DNA from: Hydrolagus colliei
Lineage: Eukaryota
NCBI GenBank assembly: GCA_035084275.1
Contig: CM068742.1
Coordinates: 142,476,001 to 142,540,000, forward strand
DNA: 64,000 bases
Direction of reading: 5' to 3'
Under the pieces are notes generated by a model. The model saw only the letters and a list, made by a program, of their open reading frames with translations. It had not been told where the DNA came from and made no database searches. Positions 1-12,058 of the stretch are shown in pieces (positions within the stretch are counted from its first letter, which is position 1; every line of letters starts with the position of its first letter). The translations under genes and the position numbers were made by a program.

Positions 1-335
1 CCCAACGGTCCCCCCCAAGTCCCCCCTTTTCTCCACCCTCCCCATCCCCAACTCAGGTCTTAAACATTGACTGTCCAGTGGCTTGGGACATCCTCCTGAT
101 GTGAAAGGCGCTATACAAATGTAATTTTGTTGTTATTGTTGTTCTGGGTATACCAGAGCTATAATTCACAAACAGTTCGAGCGAATAAATCTATGAACAG
201 ATTGTAAAACAACATTGACTTCAGTAACAAAACCAGTACCATGAATTAGGCATGATCTTAAACAGCGGCCAAAGGATTGGGGCCAATATGATTTGATCAG
301 TATGATATTAATTAAGCTCTATTGCAGTCCTTTAC

Positions 336-416
336 CTTAATTGTATCAAGTGCCAGGTCCATAATGGCACACTGCTTTGGTGTAAGGCTTCTGGCTTCTT
401 CCCGGACCATATGATC
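336..416 (-). CDS. UNC13B: UNC13B exon [27 protein letters not shown]
   Basis: cag/gtaaa; 81 nt. Confidence 0.96.
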
Positions 417-1738
417 CTGGAAGATCAAAAGGTTTTTATAGAAATTACACAAAGGAAATTATTTTTATAATTATTTTGACAAAAGGACCCAAACAGCAAC
501 ATCTTGTTTTTTGTCCACTAATAAGCAATGTGTGGAAAGTTAGCATTGCCTTCCGGAATTGTAGCAAGTATTAAAATTGTTGAACCTCAATGCTTCAAGC
601 GACTCGATCACTTCTTTGCAAGCTGGAACACTTCCTGATGATAGATTGGATGGAAGCGAGAAGTGGTATCGATGTCCAATTGATCATCAGGAACTTCTTG
701 CCTTAAGTAGACAAATACTGCACAGTCTGTTGTACATTTCAGTAAGTAACCAACAGGTCCTGTATTGAGCATCATTACCCAAATACAACAAGTTTCATGT
801 TTTTCCTATAATATTTGATAACAGTAGAAATATAATAATTATGCCATAAGTTCAAACTTAATTGAAAGTGTGCCTCAGAGGACCCCACCTAGTTTTGGAA
901 TGTGTGCGCTCATCAAAGCGAGATATCAATGCTGTGGAATGAAATGGAATATTATCTTAACTGCCCCTCATCCCCAAAACAGTGCCTCCAGTTGTACAGT
1001 ACTGTGACTTTCTATTTCACACACTAGCCACTCTCTTGGTTAACCTCCCAATTAACTGCGAACTAACACCATATGTGGAATGTGTGTTGTATATTTAGGC
1101 AGATGAAGACTTGGTTGAATCATGACAAAAGTACCAGAGAAGCAATTTTAATCCCATCACACTGAATTAGATTAAAATCCATGCATGTCCTGAAAGGGTA
1201 AGCACAGCATGGTAGCTTAACGCATCACACAGGACCCTATCTTCAACACCTCTGCGAATTGCAAAGGGCATTCAATGCTCAAGCCACTTTCCAAGAATCA
1301 CCTGAGAAGTTCATTGGAGCATGTTCAGGATAATTATTCATATGATAGCTTTATATATAGAAGCACGGAGAAACAACCGAATAGGTCAATTTATTCTACT
1401 GGACCATTCTCTCGGTGACAGAAAACAAGAATTCACAATGCTTGGGTTTTCCCCCAAGCATAATCCCCCACTTCTTTGGGGATTATGATGAGGAGTTTGA
1501 CAACACAACAGATAACAGAACACATGCAACATCTGTTCACGAAACCAAAGACATAAACTTAATTCACATAGTTATTACAAACAAAGTATTCTTCAAATCA
1601 ATTTGTTTTTAATTATTTACTGTTAAAAATGGAAATAGGAAAAAAAAATTATTGCGTCTTTTTGGATAGGACATTGCATGCATTCAGCTGTATACATGAA
1701 CAACAGTCTACTGATCGTGCAACACAATATACTGATAC

Positions 1739-1795
1739 CTTCAGTTTAGACAACTGCCCCAGTTCTTTAGCAGCAGTAAAAATCAGCTGTGTACC
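1739..1795 (-). CDS. UNC13B: UNC13B exon GTQLIFTAAKELGQLSKLK (57 nt, probably alternative)
   Basis: cag/gtatc; phase 0-0. Confidence 0.95.
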
Positions 1796-4724
1796 CTGCG
1801 GTTGCATGTATTAAAAGTGAGAAAAATAAGTTGAAAGTCAACAAGGTTAGAAGAAATGCCACAATGGAACAAATCCAGTTGACAAATTAGGCATTACTAC
1901 TGTGTATAGATACACACATGCACACATACATACACAAAGACGGATTTACATTCCTGACACTTTAGATTTGAAGTCATCTAATAGTCACAATTAATTGTGC
2001 ATCATATTATAAATTAGATAATTATCTTTGTAATAAAGTATCCCATAGTGCCCTAAGATGATCTCACTCAGAATTAGCTTACTGCACAACACCCATGGCA
2101 TTATTTCATTTCCTTCAATGAGCCCAATGTGTATATTAGACTAAAATAAACTGCCTTGGGCGGTAAATCATTGTTTAATGGTACAAAAAAAATCAAAATC
2201 TGTTTGAATTCATTAAGAATAATGAAATACAGTATTAAGGGATTCAAGCCTGATAATGTTGCTAGTAATTCTATTTAAAATCCACTAGGGGGGGTAACCA
2301 CCACAACTATCCAGTCATTATTCTCCCTCCATCTGAGAGAAATCAGGTTCTCCTCTCATATGTAAAACTCGCACTTTGTTAGATATTGATAAGACGACAT
2401 TGAAGATATGAGGCCAGCTGGATGATAAAATCTTGTTTGCAATTCAGGTATGTTATGCATGAAAACAATCCAAATGAAAATATTCCCTTCTCACAAACTA
2501 GTTTCACCAGAATGTATTTTTGTGGCGAAGCAAACCAAATATTTTATGGATGGAGATCTGGAGAAAAAAATTTAATCTTTCAAAAATAAATCCCATTTGA
2601 TACACCTGTAACATTGAAATTTCTCATACACAGGTAATTGCTGCGAATCAGATTAACTGTATCTTCTGGCCAAAATTGGCACTTTGTCTCACAAATAGCC
2701 ATGAATTGGATCACCAATTTTATCTGGAGAATCATTGATCAGAACACGGGGAGAAACTCTCTTTTCTTTTTCAATAGTTTAATGGGAACTTCAATATCCA
2801 CATGGAAATGCAGACACAAGCTCAGTTTACCTTCTCTTCTGAATAGAGTATGATCGGGGACATCAGAGCATGACTCATAGAACAAAGCAATCCCCGGGCA
2901 TTACAGCGACATATCAGTCTAGACTAGAAGCTCAAAGTGCCAATGTAGGGGTCGAGCTTCAATTTTCTGACCAGAGGTGAGGGTTCTACCAACTGAGCCA
3001 TTGTGAAAGCAAAATAGTTTATCTTCCTTACAGATAGAGTGACAAACAATTGATAACGCAACTTTTTTCTCAAATGATCATCTCAGGGCCTGAGGATTGG
3101 GACGTTGGCCCACTGTGTAGCTAATCACATGTAAACTGTGTCCTTGCTCTTTGGGCACAGTGAGTTTGTGGCAACAATACAATATACAAATAAGCAATAT
3201 ACATAAATCATTAAATGAGAAGCAAATCCATAAAAGCACCAGCACAAAGAAAAAGGCAGAGAGTTCCTTCAGACCAGATCAGACCTTCATTTCTCCCTGT
3301 TCTTTTGGCTAGTTTTGAATAAATCTTCATTGATGATTGTAAATCCTTCAAAATCTCAACTTTTCGCATTCTGTATGGATGGAATAAGTCTGATGGACTG
3401 ACACGAGCCAGTGACCTTTTCATCACATCAACTCCAAAGATCGTGGTATCCTAAAATTCTAATCGCAACACTTATCCTGGTGGAGAAATCCCTTTACCAA
3501 AAAACAAGCTACAAATTACAAGAAAGAAGCTTGCGAATCATTATTTTACTGAAGAATAATGCAGATTTATTAAAGAGATTATACACAAAGACTGCAAATC
3601 TATCAGACTCTTTATATTTCAGTTTGCGAAGTTATTGATTTTTCTGTCATTTTAAAAATTATGGAAAGATATATCCACATTTCAGATTCAATTAAATCTT
3701 TACATGAACAATAGTTCTGTAGAACTCATTACAAGAGAGTTTAATCTTTTGATCCTAATCCATGGAGGCAATTATATGTCGCTGAATAAGTCCCTATAAT
3801 TAATAATGAGCTAAGTAGAAATTAAAGTTGCCAGTCAGTTCAAATAAAAGCTAATTGATACCAAGGATTTTCAGACCAGGTCCAAACTGAACCAGTATTT
3901 TCTCTGTCACGACCTTCGATAAGTTAATCTTAGTGTCAGTTTCAGTTTTCTACAAAGTACGTACCACTCTTTTCCCTCCTCCTCAATCTCCAACATTCAA
4001 CATCTATAGCCAATGACTGACAGATAGTTCTGGCTCTGAGTCTGATCATCCCAGATCAATTTAGTTCTAGGAATCTCATTCTCCCATTATGGCTGGGGAA
4101 GGTCTGAAACCCACCATGAAAGGAGCCAAGAAGCACTGCTGTTCTGAAATGTATCACTACATGCTGCACCACCACTTTACTCCTCAGAAATGAAACAATA
4201 ATAATAATCTTTGCACTTTGATATAGTGCATTATCACATCGTTGAGTCGTCTCAAAGAAATTCATAGAATATACTGTGAAGTGAATTGACTATTTGATAT
4301 TCTGTGAATTTATAAATTAATTTGTAATGTATTGCAATGACTATAAATTATAAATTGGAAAACATCTTTATATACCCCCACATTTCCTTAACTTTAAAAC
4401 CAGTGAGCCAGCCCGTGTGTTGAGGTTAAAATACAGCAGTCACAAACGAGAAGTTTCTGCATAACTGTGATGCATTGCACCAGAAATGGAGATTTGTTAT
4501 CCTATTCTTTGTTAAAATAATCACACACAAAAAAAGCATTGCAATCCTGAAATCAAGTAAAAACCATTTTGTTGCTTTTTTTTTGTCAGAAAATGAGGGT
4601 CATTCCTTGGCTAAATGATTCCAATAACAATACCCTGGGTGTAATTTGTGATTATAACTTGCTTGCAGTCATGCCTAACATTATGTTTTCTGGTCAAGTG
4701 AAGGCATGAAAAGTCCCATAAGCA

Positions 4725-5030
4725 ATGACAACGACAAAAAAGATTACACTTGTATAGCGCCTTTCACATCAGGAGGATGTCCCAGAGCGCTGGACAGTCA
4801 TTGTTTCAGTCCCGAACTGGGGTCAGGGAAGGGGAGAGTGGAGGGTAATGAGGGGATTTGGAGTGACTTCGTCAAAGAGGAGGGTCTTGCGGTGGGACTT
4901 GGAGATGAGGGAGAGGGAGAGTCGAAGTGACTGCGTGATTGAGTTCCAGAAGTTGCCTGGTGGGTGGGTCGGGGGAAATGGAGCAGGCCGCAGTCTGCTG
5001 AGCAGAGGGGGCGGTAGGTTGGTAAGCAAT
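4725..5030 (-). mobile_element. L2 3' fragment
   Basis: Tail TATAGCGCCTTTCACATCAGGAGGATGTCCCAG. Confidence 0.75.
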
Positions 5031-7280
5031 TGGAAAACAAAGCGTTAAATACAGAAGCTCCTTTGCTAGCTTTCATGCAATACAGCCCCTTTATAATGCT
5101 CTTTTTGGCATTAATTTGGTTATAGTGTGGTTGCTCTGTGAACTCGTTCACTGAATTGCACTCGATCACAGCTGGTTTGCTCACTAGCTGAATTCGAGCA
5201 CCCATGCTAAAATAATCCCCAAATCCTGGGTCCTCCAACAACATTCCTTCCTACTTTGTGCATGAATGATAAAAACAGAACAATGTCATTGGTGAAGCAA
5301 AGACTTTAAAGTTGCCAAATGTTTCTTTCAGTGGGAACCGGAGAGAATGCAGGGCACAAAGTTGCCAGCTGTGTGGATGCGCAGTGAAACTGATACTGTA
5401 ATTACATCTTGTTACTTAAAATTTTTAGATTTTATGGATCTCAAAGGCTGTTATAACAAGCTCCCACTGTATTTTTTTCATTATGTTTAGAAAATTTGGA
5501 TAGAATTTGTCAGCAAATCGTTACAGATGCACCATTGAAGTGGTAAAATTAGTGTAACATCCAGTTTGTGAATTCTGAATTTTGAACAAAAGTATAAATT
5601 TTTAATGCAGTAAGCGCTGATTACTAACATTTTTGACTAAGCACATTTTTGACAAACCAGCTATTATAACTTGCACTTTCACGTAAAATCAGTGCTCTAT
5701 CCATAAATGATCTTGTTCAGAATATCTAGTCATTAGTTTTCACTCAACATAAATACAGCATTAATCAGTTCATAATGTGGCATTATAGCATTGCAGAGTG
5801 TACAGAACAGATCAGATGAAGTAATGAAAGCACAAACGTTGCAGAAGTATTTTGATAGATGAAAAAAACGTACTTCTTCACTGGGAATATGAATTTACTT
5901 CAGTTCCCAGAGGGTTAAAAAAAAACATAACAGATCCTTGGACGAACGATTACAGTGAAGCAATCTGTTTTATTTGAAGCCTGTGTCATTCTTCCTGCCA
6001 AAATGGTATGAGTGCATGACAGCAATAGCAATAAACAGCTGGTCATGGTGCCATGCAGGGAAATTAATCTTTCAGCATGAACAAGTCTCATAATCTGGTC
6101 GAGACTCCTAGAGATTGAGCAGATCAAGATGATACCTGAAATTATGAAAACCTATGCAATATCTGTCGGTTTTGTTGCATTATATATAGGTCATACATAC
6201 TGTATTTATAATATATTGAAAAATGGTTACATTTAATCATGCCATTCTAATCAAATGAGGTGAATGAACAGCACAAAAAATTGGCATCGTTATTGTACGT
6301 GCCACAGTAGTTTGTCCAAATACAAATGCGGAAACACAAAGAATCAGAAAAATATTTTTTTCTTATGGGCATTAATCATGTTAACAGAAAATTCAGAATG
6401 TATTTCCACAGAGAGAGCAGGGCATTGAAGTGTAGCCTGAAGAATAAAACACTCAACAAGAGTGGTCGAACAGAGGGATCTTGGGGTACAAAGACACAAA
6501 TCACTAAAAGTAGGACAGTAGGAACAGAAAGATCTCAAGGCAACAAATTGGGCTTTGAAACTTATTAGACGAGTATTGAATACACAACTACAGATGTCAC
6601 GTGTACAGAATATGTATTGGTTGAGTTTCAGTTGGAATATTATGTTCGGTTTTGCGCTCTCCATTAGAGAAAGGATGTCAAAGGAATAGAAGGTGCAGAA
6701 TAGATTTAGAAGGAGGAAGCTAGATATGAGACATTATTATACAGTATGTAAAAAAAAAGGCAAATTGGGGTTTTTAACCTGGCACAAACGAGCCTGTGAT
6801 GGGACATGATAGATGGAAGGGAACATGTCAGTGTAAAAAATATTATTTATTGGGAAAGTGGTGACAAGGCAGCACTGTCCCAGAACTGTTTATAGAAAAA
6901 TTAGGGAAGAGACAGAAATATTCTCATATTTACCTACAAAAGGATTTTCACTAGTGAGTGAGGGATGTGGTAGGGCATTGCTTGGTGGCATGTGATTTTT
7001 TTTTTACCAGTGGGATCTCATTGGAGCTGAATGAGCTCCAAGGAGGCATGTTGGAATTGAGCTAGCCTTTTGTGGTGGTCTCGATAGTACGGTTCCTGAG
7101 CCAGGCGAGCTCACAGTATTCCAGGGCACAGCTGATGACAGCATAGCCAGGCTGGCTAATCAGCAAGAATCTGGAAGGGCAGAACAGTCACTGGGGGCAG
7201 GGAGTCATCCCTCTCAGCTACAGATAACCCTTAGCCCTGCAAGCCAAAGCCCTAATGCGTAGGGTGGTCCTAGATGGACA

Positions 7281-7440
7281 ATAATAATCCTTTATCTGAT
7301 ATAGCACCTTATCACATCTTAAAGCACTTCACAGAATATACTGTAAAGTGAATTGACTATATTTTGTGGGCAAAACGCGGCAGCCAATTGTGCACAGCAG
7401 TGTCCCATAACCAGTCGTCGAATGAAGTGACCAAGTGATT
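7281..7440 (-). mobile_element. 5'-truncated SINE, same family
   Basis: Core plus tail. Confidence 0.75.
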
Positions 7441-8269
7441 GAAGTAGCTGGACAAGCAACGGGAAAGCTTGATAGACAGCAATATAAATGGCAAGCTATG
7501 CTGTTTCAGTAGGTTAGACTCCAGCAGTATCCCCAACATATACTCAGGGGTCAGCGGGAAGTGTCCCTCACGAGAAAGGTGTGCATTCCATTCCAACAAT
7601 CGATCTCTGGAATTTCCATGTGTAGATGGGAGGCATGGAATTCCCAGTTTGGTTTGGGGAATCTGAAGCATGGTGATGGGTTTCCAAAAGTAGAAATCCA
7701 TTGTCATGCTTAATCACATATCAATACTAACTAACCACACATGAAAATTTTCCTGAATCTGGATCAGAACACTGGAAAGACAGTTTGGCAAGAGTAAGTG
7801 TTGGGATCTGCTGTAGATTAACCAGCTAAACTGGCAGAGCCTGCCATTGAGAGCACCATCTTCCCACTGCTTGCCCACCAGGACTAAGCACTCTGGAAAG
7901 CTTCCCTTGTGAAGGACACTATATAAAGATGAGTTGTTGTTGTTTTTGACAACCCTACCCTTTCAGGCTTTGCCCTTACCAAATTAACAGGAGCTGAGTG
8001 GTAGGAATCCTTGCTCCCAGTAATTGGTCTGCCCCTCCACATCCAGCCAAAAAGCCACGTTCACTGCTCTCTCATCCACAGTGCGTTTGCACTGTGCCGG
8101 ATGATGACTCTGGAAAACGTTTTTGGTAATTCTTGGAGAAGAGTTTGGGAAACTTCTTACAGAATAAACAAGGACCATTTTTCTGCAAGGCATTTGCTGC
8201 TCATTACCAGGAATCTGTAAAGTTGACCACCACCCAACTCACCTCTATTTCTGCCACCAATGGAAAAAA

Positions 8270-10465
8270 TCTCCTCCTCCACCCCCCACCACCCCGCACA
8301 CCCTCTCAGGTGCCTTAGAGTCATCTGAACTCATCCCCAATGACCTATCCCCCTTGATAAGTCTCCCCCACAACTCTCTCTCCACTATTCTCGATGCCCT
8401 TACTCCTCTCATTTCCAGAACCGCCTCCTAATGACGGTCGACACGCTGGTACACCAGCCACCTCTGCTCCCTCAAGGTACAAGTGAGTGCCACTGAACAC
8501 ACCTGGATTAAATCGAATTTAACAGTCCATCAGAGGATCTGGCTGGACCTTATCAAATCTTACTATTCTCTCCTCACCTCCACTAAATCGTCCTACTCTC
8601 TGACAATCTTGGAGGCTAGGGACAACCTCAGGCTTCTCCATCACCAATGGGTTTCTCCTCCCACTCTCTCATGCCTCACCCATTCTCTCCTCCAAAGCCA
8701 ACTGCAATGAGATATTGGACTTTCTCAAACCAAAGTCAAGGGGAACTGCTTAGCTGCTTCTGCCCTTCCATCAACTATCCCCTCGCTAGCTCCCCCTCAC
8801 ATCCGGCGCCTACCCATCCCTCCCTCCACACCTTCAAAACATGTTTCCCCCTCTCTCACCACCACTATAACCAGCATGAAACCTCAGTCCTGATGAAGTG
8901 TTGTAGACCCGAAACGTTGACTCCTTTTCCTTTCTCCGTGGATGCTGTTTGACTTGCTGAGTTTCCCTAGCAACTTTTATTTTTGTTTCAGATTCCCAGC
9001 ATCTAAAGTATTTTGTGTTTTGCTTAAATTACCTCTCCATTTCTAACTTCCCCTTCCTTTTCAAGGTCCTGGAAGGGATAATTGCTTTCCAGCTTCGCTC
9101 CTTCCTCTCATGCCACTCGCTTCACAAATCCCTCCCATCAGGTTTCCATTCCACCCTCAGCACAGAAACAGCTTTGGTCAAAGTGACAAATTATAATTTG
9201 TCCATCTGCGACCAGGGCTCCCTCTGACTCCTCGTTCACCTTAATCTTTCTGCTATCTTCAATACCATTGACCATTCTATCCTTCACCACTGCCTTTCCT
9301 CTCACACCGTTTCAGATCCTACCTCTCACAACATTTCCACTTCATCCCCACAAATGATTTTGCCCCCAGCCCCCACACTGTCTTGTGTGGTGTTCCTCAG
9401 GGCTCTCCTCTTCTTCAATATCTACATGTTCCTCTTGGTGACATCATACGCAGACATGGGGTTGAGTTCCACATCTTTGTAGATGACATGTATCTCTACC
9501 TTTCTGCTTCCACCCTCAACTCCAGGACCACTGCTATCCTTACAGAATGTCTCTGAGACATCAAGTACTGGATTAGAGCTAACTTTCTACAGTTGAACTT
9601 CAACAAGACCGATGCCCTTCTGGTTCCTGTCAGCATCTCCACACCTCAGGCACTGACAGCATCACCACCCAAGGATGCACATTCCACTTTACTGAGGCAG
9701 TCCAGAAACTTGGCATCTTATTTGACCCTCAACTGCCTTCATACTTCACATCAGTGCCACGATCTACTCCGTCTTTCCCCACCTCCTCAACATCGCTCAG
9801 CTCCGCCACTCTCTCACGCTGCCGAGTCCCTCATACGCTCATTGCTTTGAGACGTCTAGAAGACGTGAAAAGTGCTGCATCAAATGCAATGATTATTATT
9901 ATTATTATTAGTTATAACATTCAGGTTCAACTTTGCAAACGGTATGCCCGCCAGCCTCCCCAACTCCTCCCTCTACAGCCTACAGATCATCCAGAACTCT
10001 GCAGCCTGTGCCCTGCACCAGGCTCCGCAACCCCATCATCCCCATCCTTGCCTGACTCCACTAACTTCCCATCAAACAGAGGATAAAGTTCAAGATCCTG
10101 GTCACCTTCAAAGCCCTCCATGGCCTTGCTTCTCACTACCTCTGTGACCTTGTAACACCCTACCAACCTGCTTGCTCCCTCTGCTCAGTGGGCAAAGGCC
10201 TGCTTCATGTTCTCTGCCTCACCTATCACACTATTGGTGGTTGGGCCTTCAGCCACTTTGCCCCCACCCTCTGAAATTCCATCCCGCAGTCCCTTCGCCT
10301 CACCACCTTCCTTGCCTCCTTCAAGATCATGCCTTTGATCACACTGCTTCCCCTCACCCTCCATCTTCTCCGATCTCGACTCCCAGCTCCTGGCCGAAAC
10401 ACTGATTGTGCAGCACCATGGGATGTCCTCCCGATGTGAAAGGTGCTATACAAATGTAATTTTGT
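8270..10465 (+). mobile_element. Degraded L2-clade LINE (RT region to 3' tail) with nested insertions
   Basis: RT remnants STETALVKVT, GVPQGS, HIFVDD; L2 tail at ~10410-10465. Confidence 0.8.
8860..9022 (+). mobile_element. Penelope-like terminal fragment with degenerate hammerhead core, nested in the L2
   Basis: CTGATGA...GACCCGAAACGTTGAC then TTTCTCCGTGGATGCTG; related copy on minus at ~40765-40860. Confidence 0.55.
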
Positions 10466-10468
10466 GAG

Positions 10469-10570
10469 GAACATAGGAATTAGGAGCAGGAATAGGCCGT
10501 TTGGCCCCTCAAGCCTGCCCTGCCATTCAATAAGATCATGACATTGTTCCTTAATCCCTTTAGAAATCCA
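10469..10570 (-). mobile_element. CR1 3' tail
   Basis: Reverse complement of the 46750-46878 tail; another at ~26810-26890. Confidence 0.75.
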
Positions 10571-11635
10571 TGGTATGTTGTTGTAGGTGAACAGAGAGTG
10601 AGCGACAGAGAGAAAGGGAGGAAATGAGAAAGAGAGAGAGAGGGAGACACATACACACACACACATAGAGAAGCAGGAGGCACACATGCATGCAGAAAGA
10701 GGTAGAGAGGCAGAGACCTTAATGTCCAGAGAGGGAAAAGCACTGTGAAAATATATTCTGGTTAATAGTCCACTTTCAGGTAGTAGTAATTCTAAAACTA
10801 TTCTCCACAGGAGTAGAATAAAACATCGTCAAACTAGCAATTTCCATAGCATGAGACCATTGCAAAAGCAGCAGCTGTAGATAATAAGGTTCATAACCTG
10901 CAACGTCGGTAACTAATGTCCCACTTAAATACTGTATTTAACAATTTCATTATTTCCATATGTCTATGGGAAGGACACATCAGTCACCATGAAACCATAC
11001 AGATTAATGTTGCAGGGTTGATTCCTGCGCAGTGTTAGCTCCTCTCAGGCCTGGGCAGTCATTGGAACATGACAATTGTTCTCAGTATTAACGGGTCAAA
11101 CAGCCAGGATTCCTGCTGTGTAAATGGTGCACGATGGCAGGAAAAGCACCTTGGAAAATAAAATGTGTGAGCCTGTCTCTCTCTTTCTCTGTCGATGGAC
11201 TTACTTGACAATTAAGCATTGTTTTCAATACCATTATATTTTAAAAGTATGTTTCAGTGATTTATAAATTGCTGAAGTGAACAACTCCAAAATCTCCAAT
11301 GAAATCCTAGCAATTTAGCATTACTGGATGACCACATTGATGGTGGTAGGGCTTAATTTTCCTTACAGTACAGCTATATGAAAATTGAAGTTAAACTCAC
11401 TGACAAATGTCTGCCTTTTGCCTTTGATTAGACAAAAAGAATCAATAAATCATAATAAAATAATCCTTGAATTTGAATGTGGAGAGAGTGCAGGTGCTAT
11501 CCTGCACTCTCTCCACCTCGCCTGGCGATAGATGATATTTTATATTTGATATCATCTATTTAATCTAATATTTGATCTAATAGTAATATTAGATATATAG
11601 TGATTTTTTTTTCACACGGACAACCCGCTCCCGAG

Positions 11636-11800
11636 GCTAGAGATCTTCGGGCTGGAACGATCGCGGGGACAGAGCTTTCACGCTGTGCACCGCTCAGCCC
11701 ACCAGCTGGAGCCGGCTTCCATCGCTGCCGGTTCTTCCTCTATGGGCAGTCGGCCAACGAATACCATCTTTTTGGGACGACGGGGAGGATCACGGAGGGA
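11636..11800 (+). pseudogene. PEBP-family (PEBP4-like) coding fragment
   Basis: [36 protein letters not shown] resembles recalled PEBP4 [36 protein letters not shown] (GxHRY motif degraded). Confidence 0.75.
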
Positions 11801-11938
11801 ATGGCGGCCACTCGCTGTCGGCGCTTCCTCCGGCTGTGCGAAGAGTGGCCCCTCGACAGGACCTGGGTAGGCCGCGACCTCGGCACTTTCCTCAGGCAGC
11901 GGGTGGCGCACGTCTTCCGCGAGGGGGAGAGCGCCCAG
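11801..11938 (+). pseudogene. UQCC2: UQCC2 (MNF1) N-terminal 46-codon fragment
   Basis: [46 protein letters not shown] vs recalled human [46 protein letters not shown]; no other UQCC2 exons found. Confidence 0.9.
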
Positions 11939-11945
11939 GTGCTGC

Positions 11946-12058
11946 AAGCGACGGATCATCTCGCGGGAGATCCAGACGGCGATCGGGCTGCTGCTGCTGC
12001 TGCTGTGCGAGCTGGCCAGACACACCGTGTCCGAGGTGCCAGGGCCATCACAGAGTCC
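11946..12058 (+). pseudogene. Histone H2B C-terminal fragment, frameshifted, with (CTG)6 expansion
   Basis: [38 protein letters not shown] vs H2B [37 protein letters not shown]. Confidence 0.88.

Noticed and set aside
2831-2838. Possible 8-nt microexon cag|AAGAGAAG|gtaaac
   Set aside because: Frameshifting, poor pyrimidine tract, no homology support
11801-11938. Functional nested UQCC2 gene
   Set aside because: No downstream UQCC2 exons found, conserved residues altered, and it is fused to unrelated fragments inside an insertion
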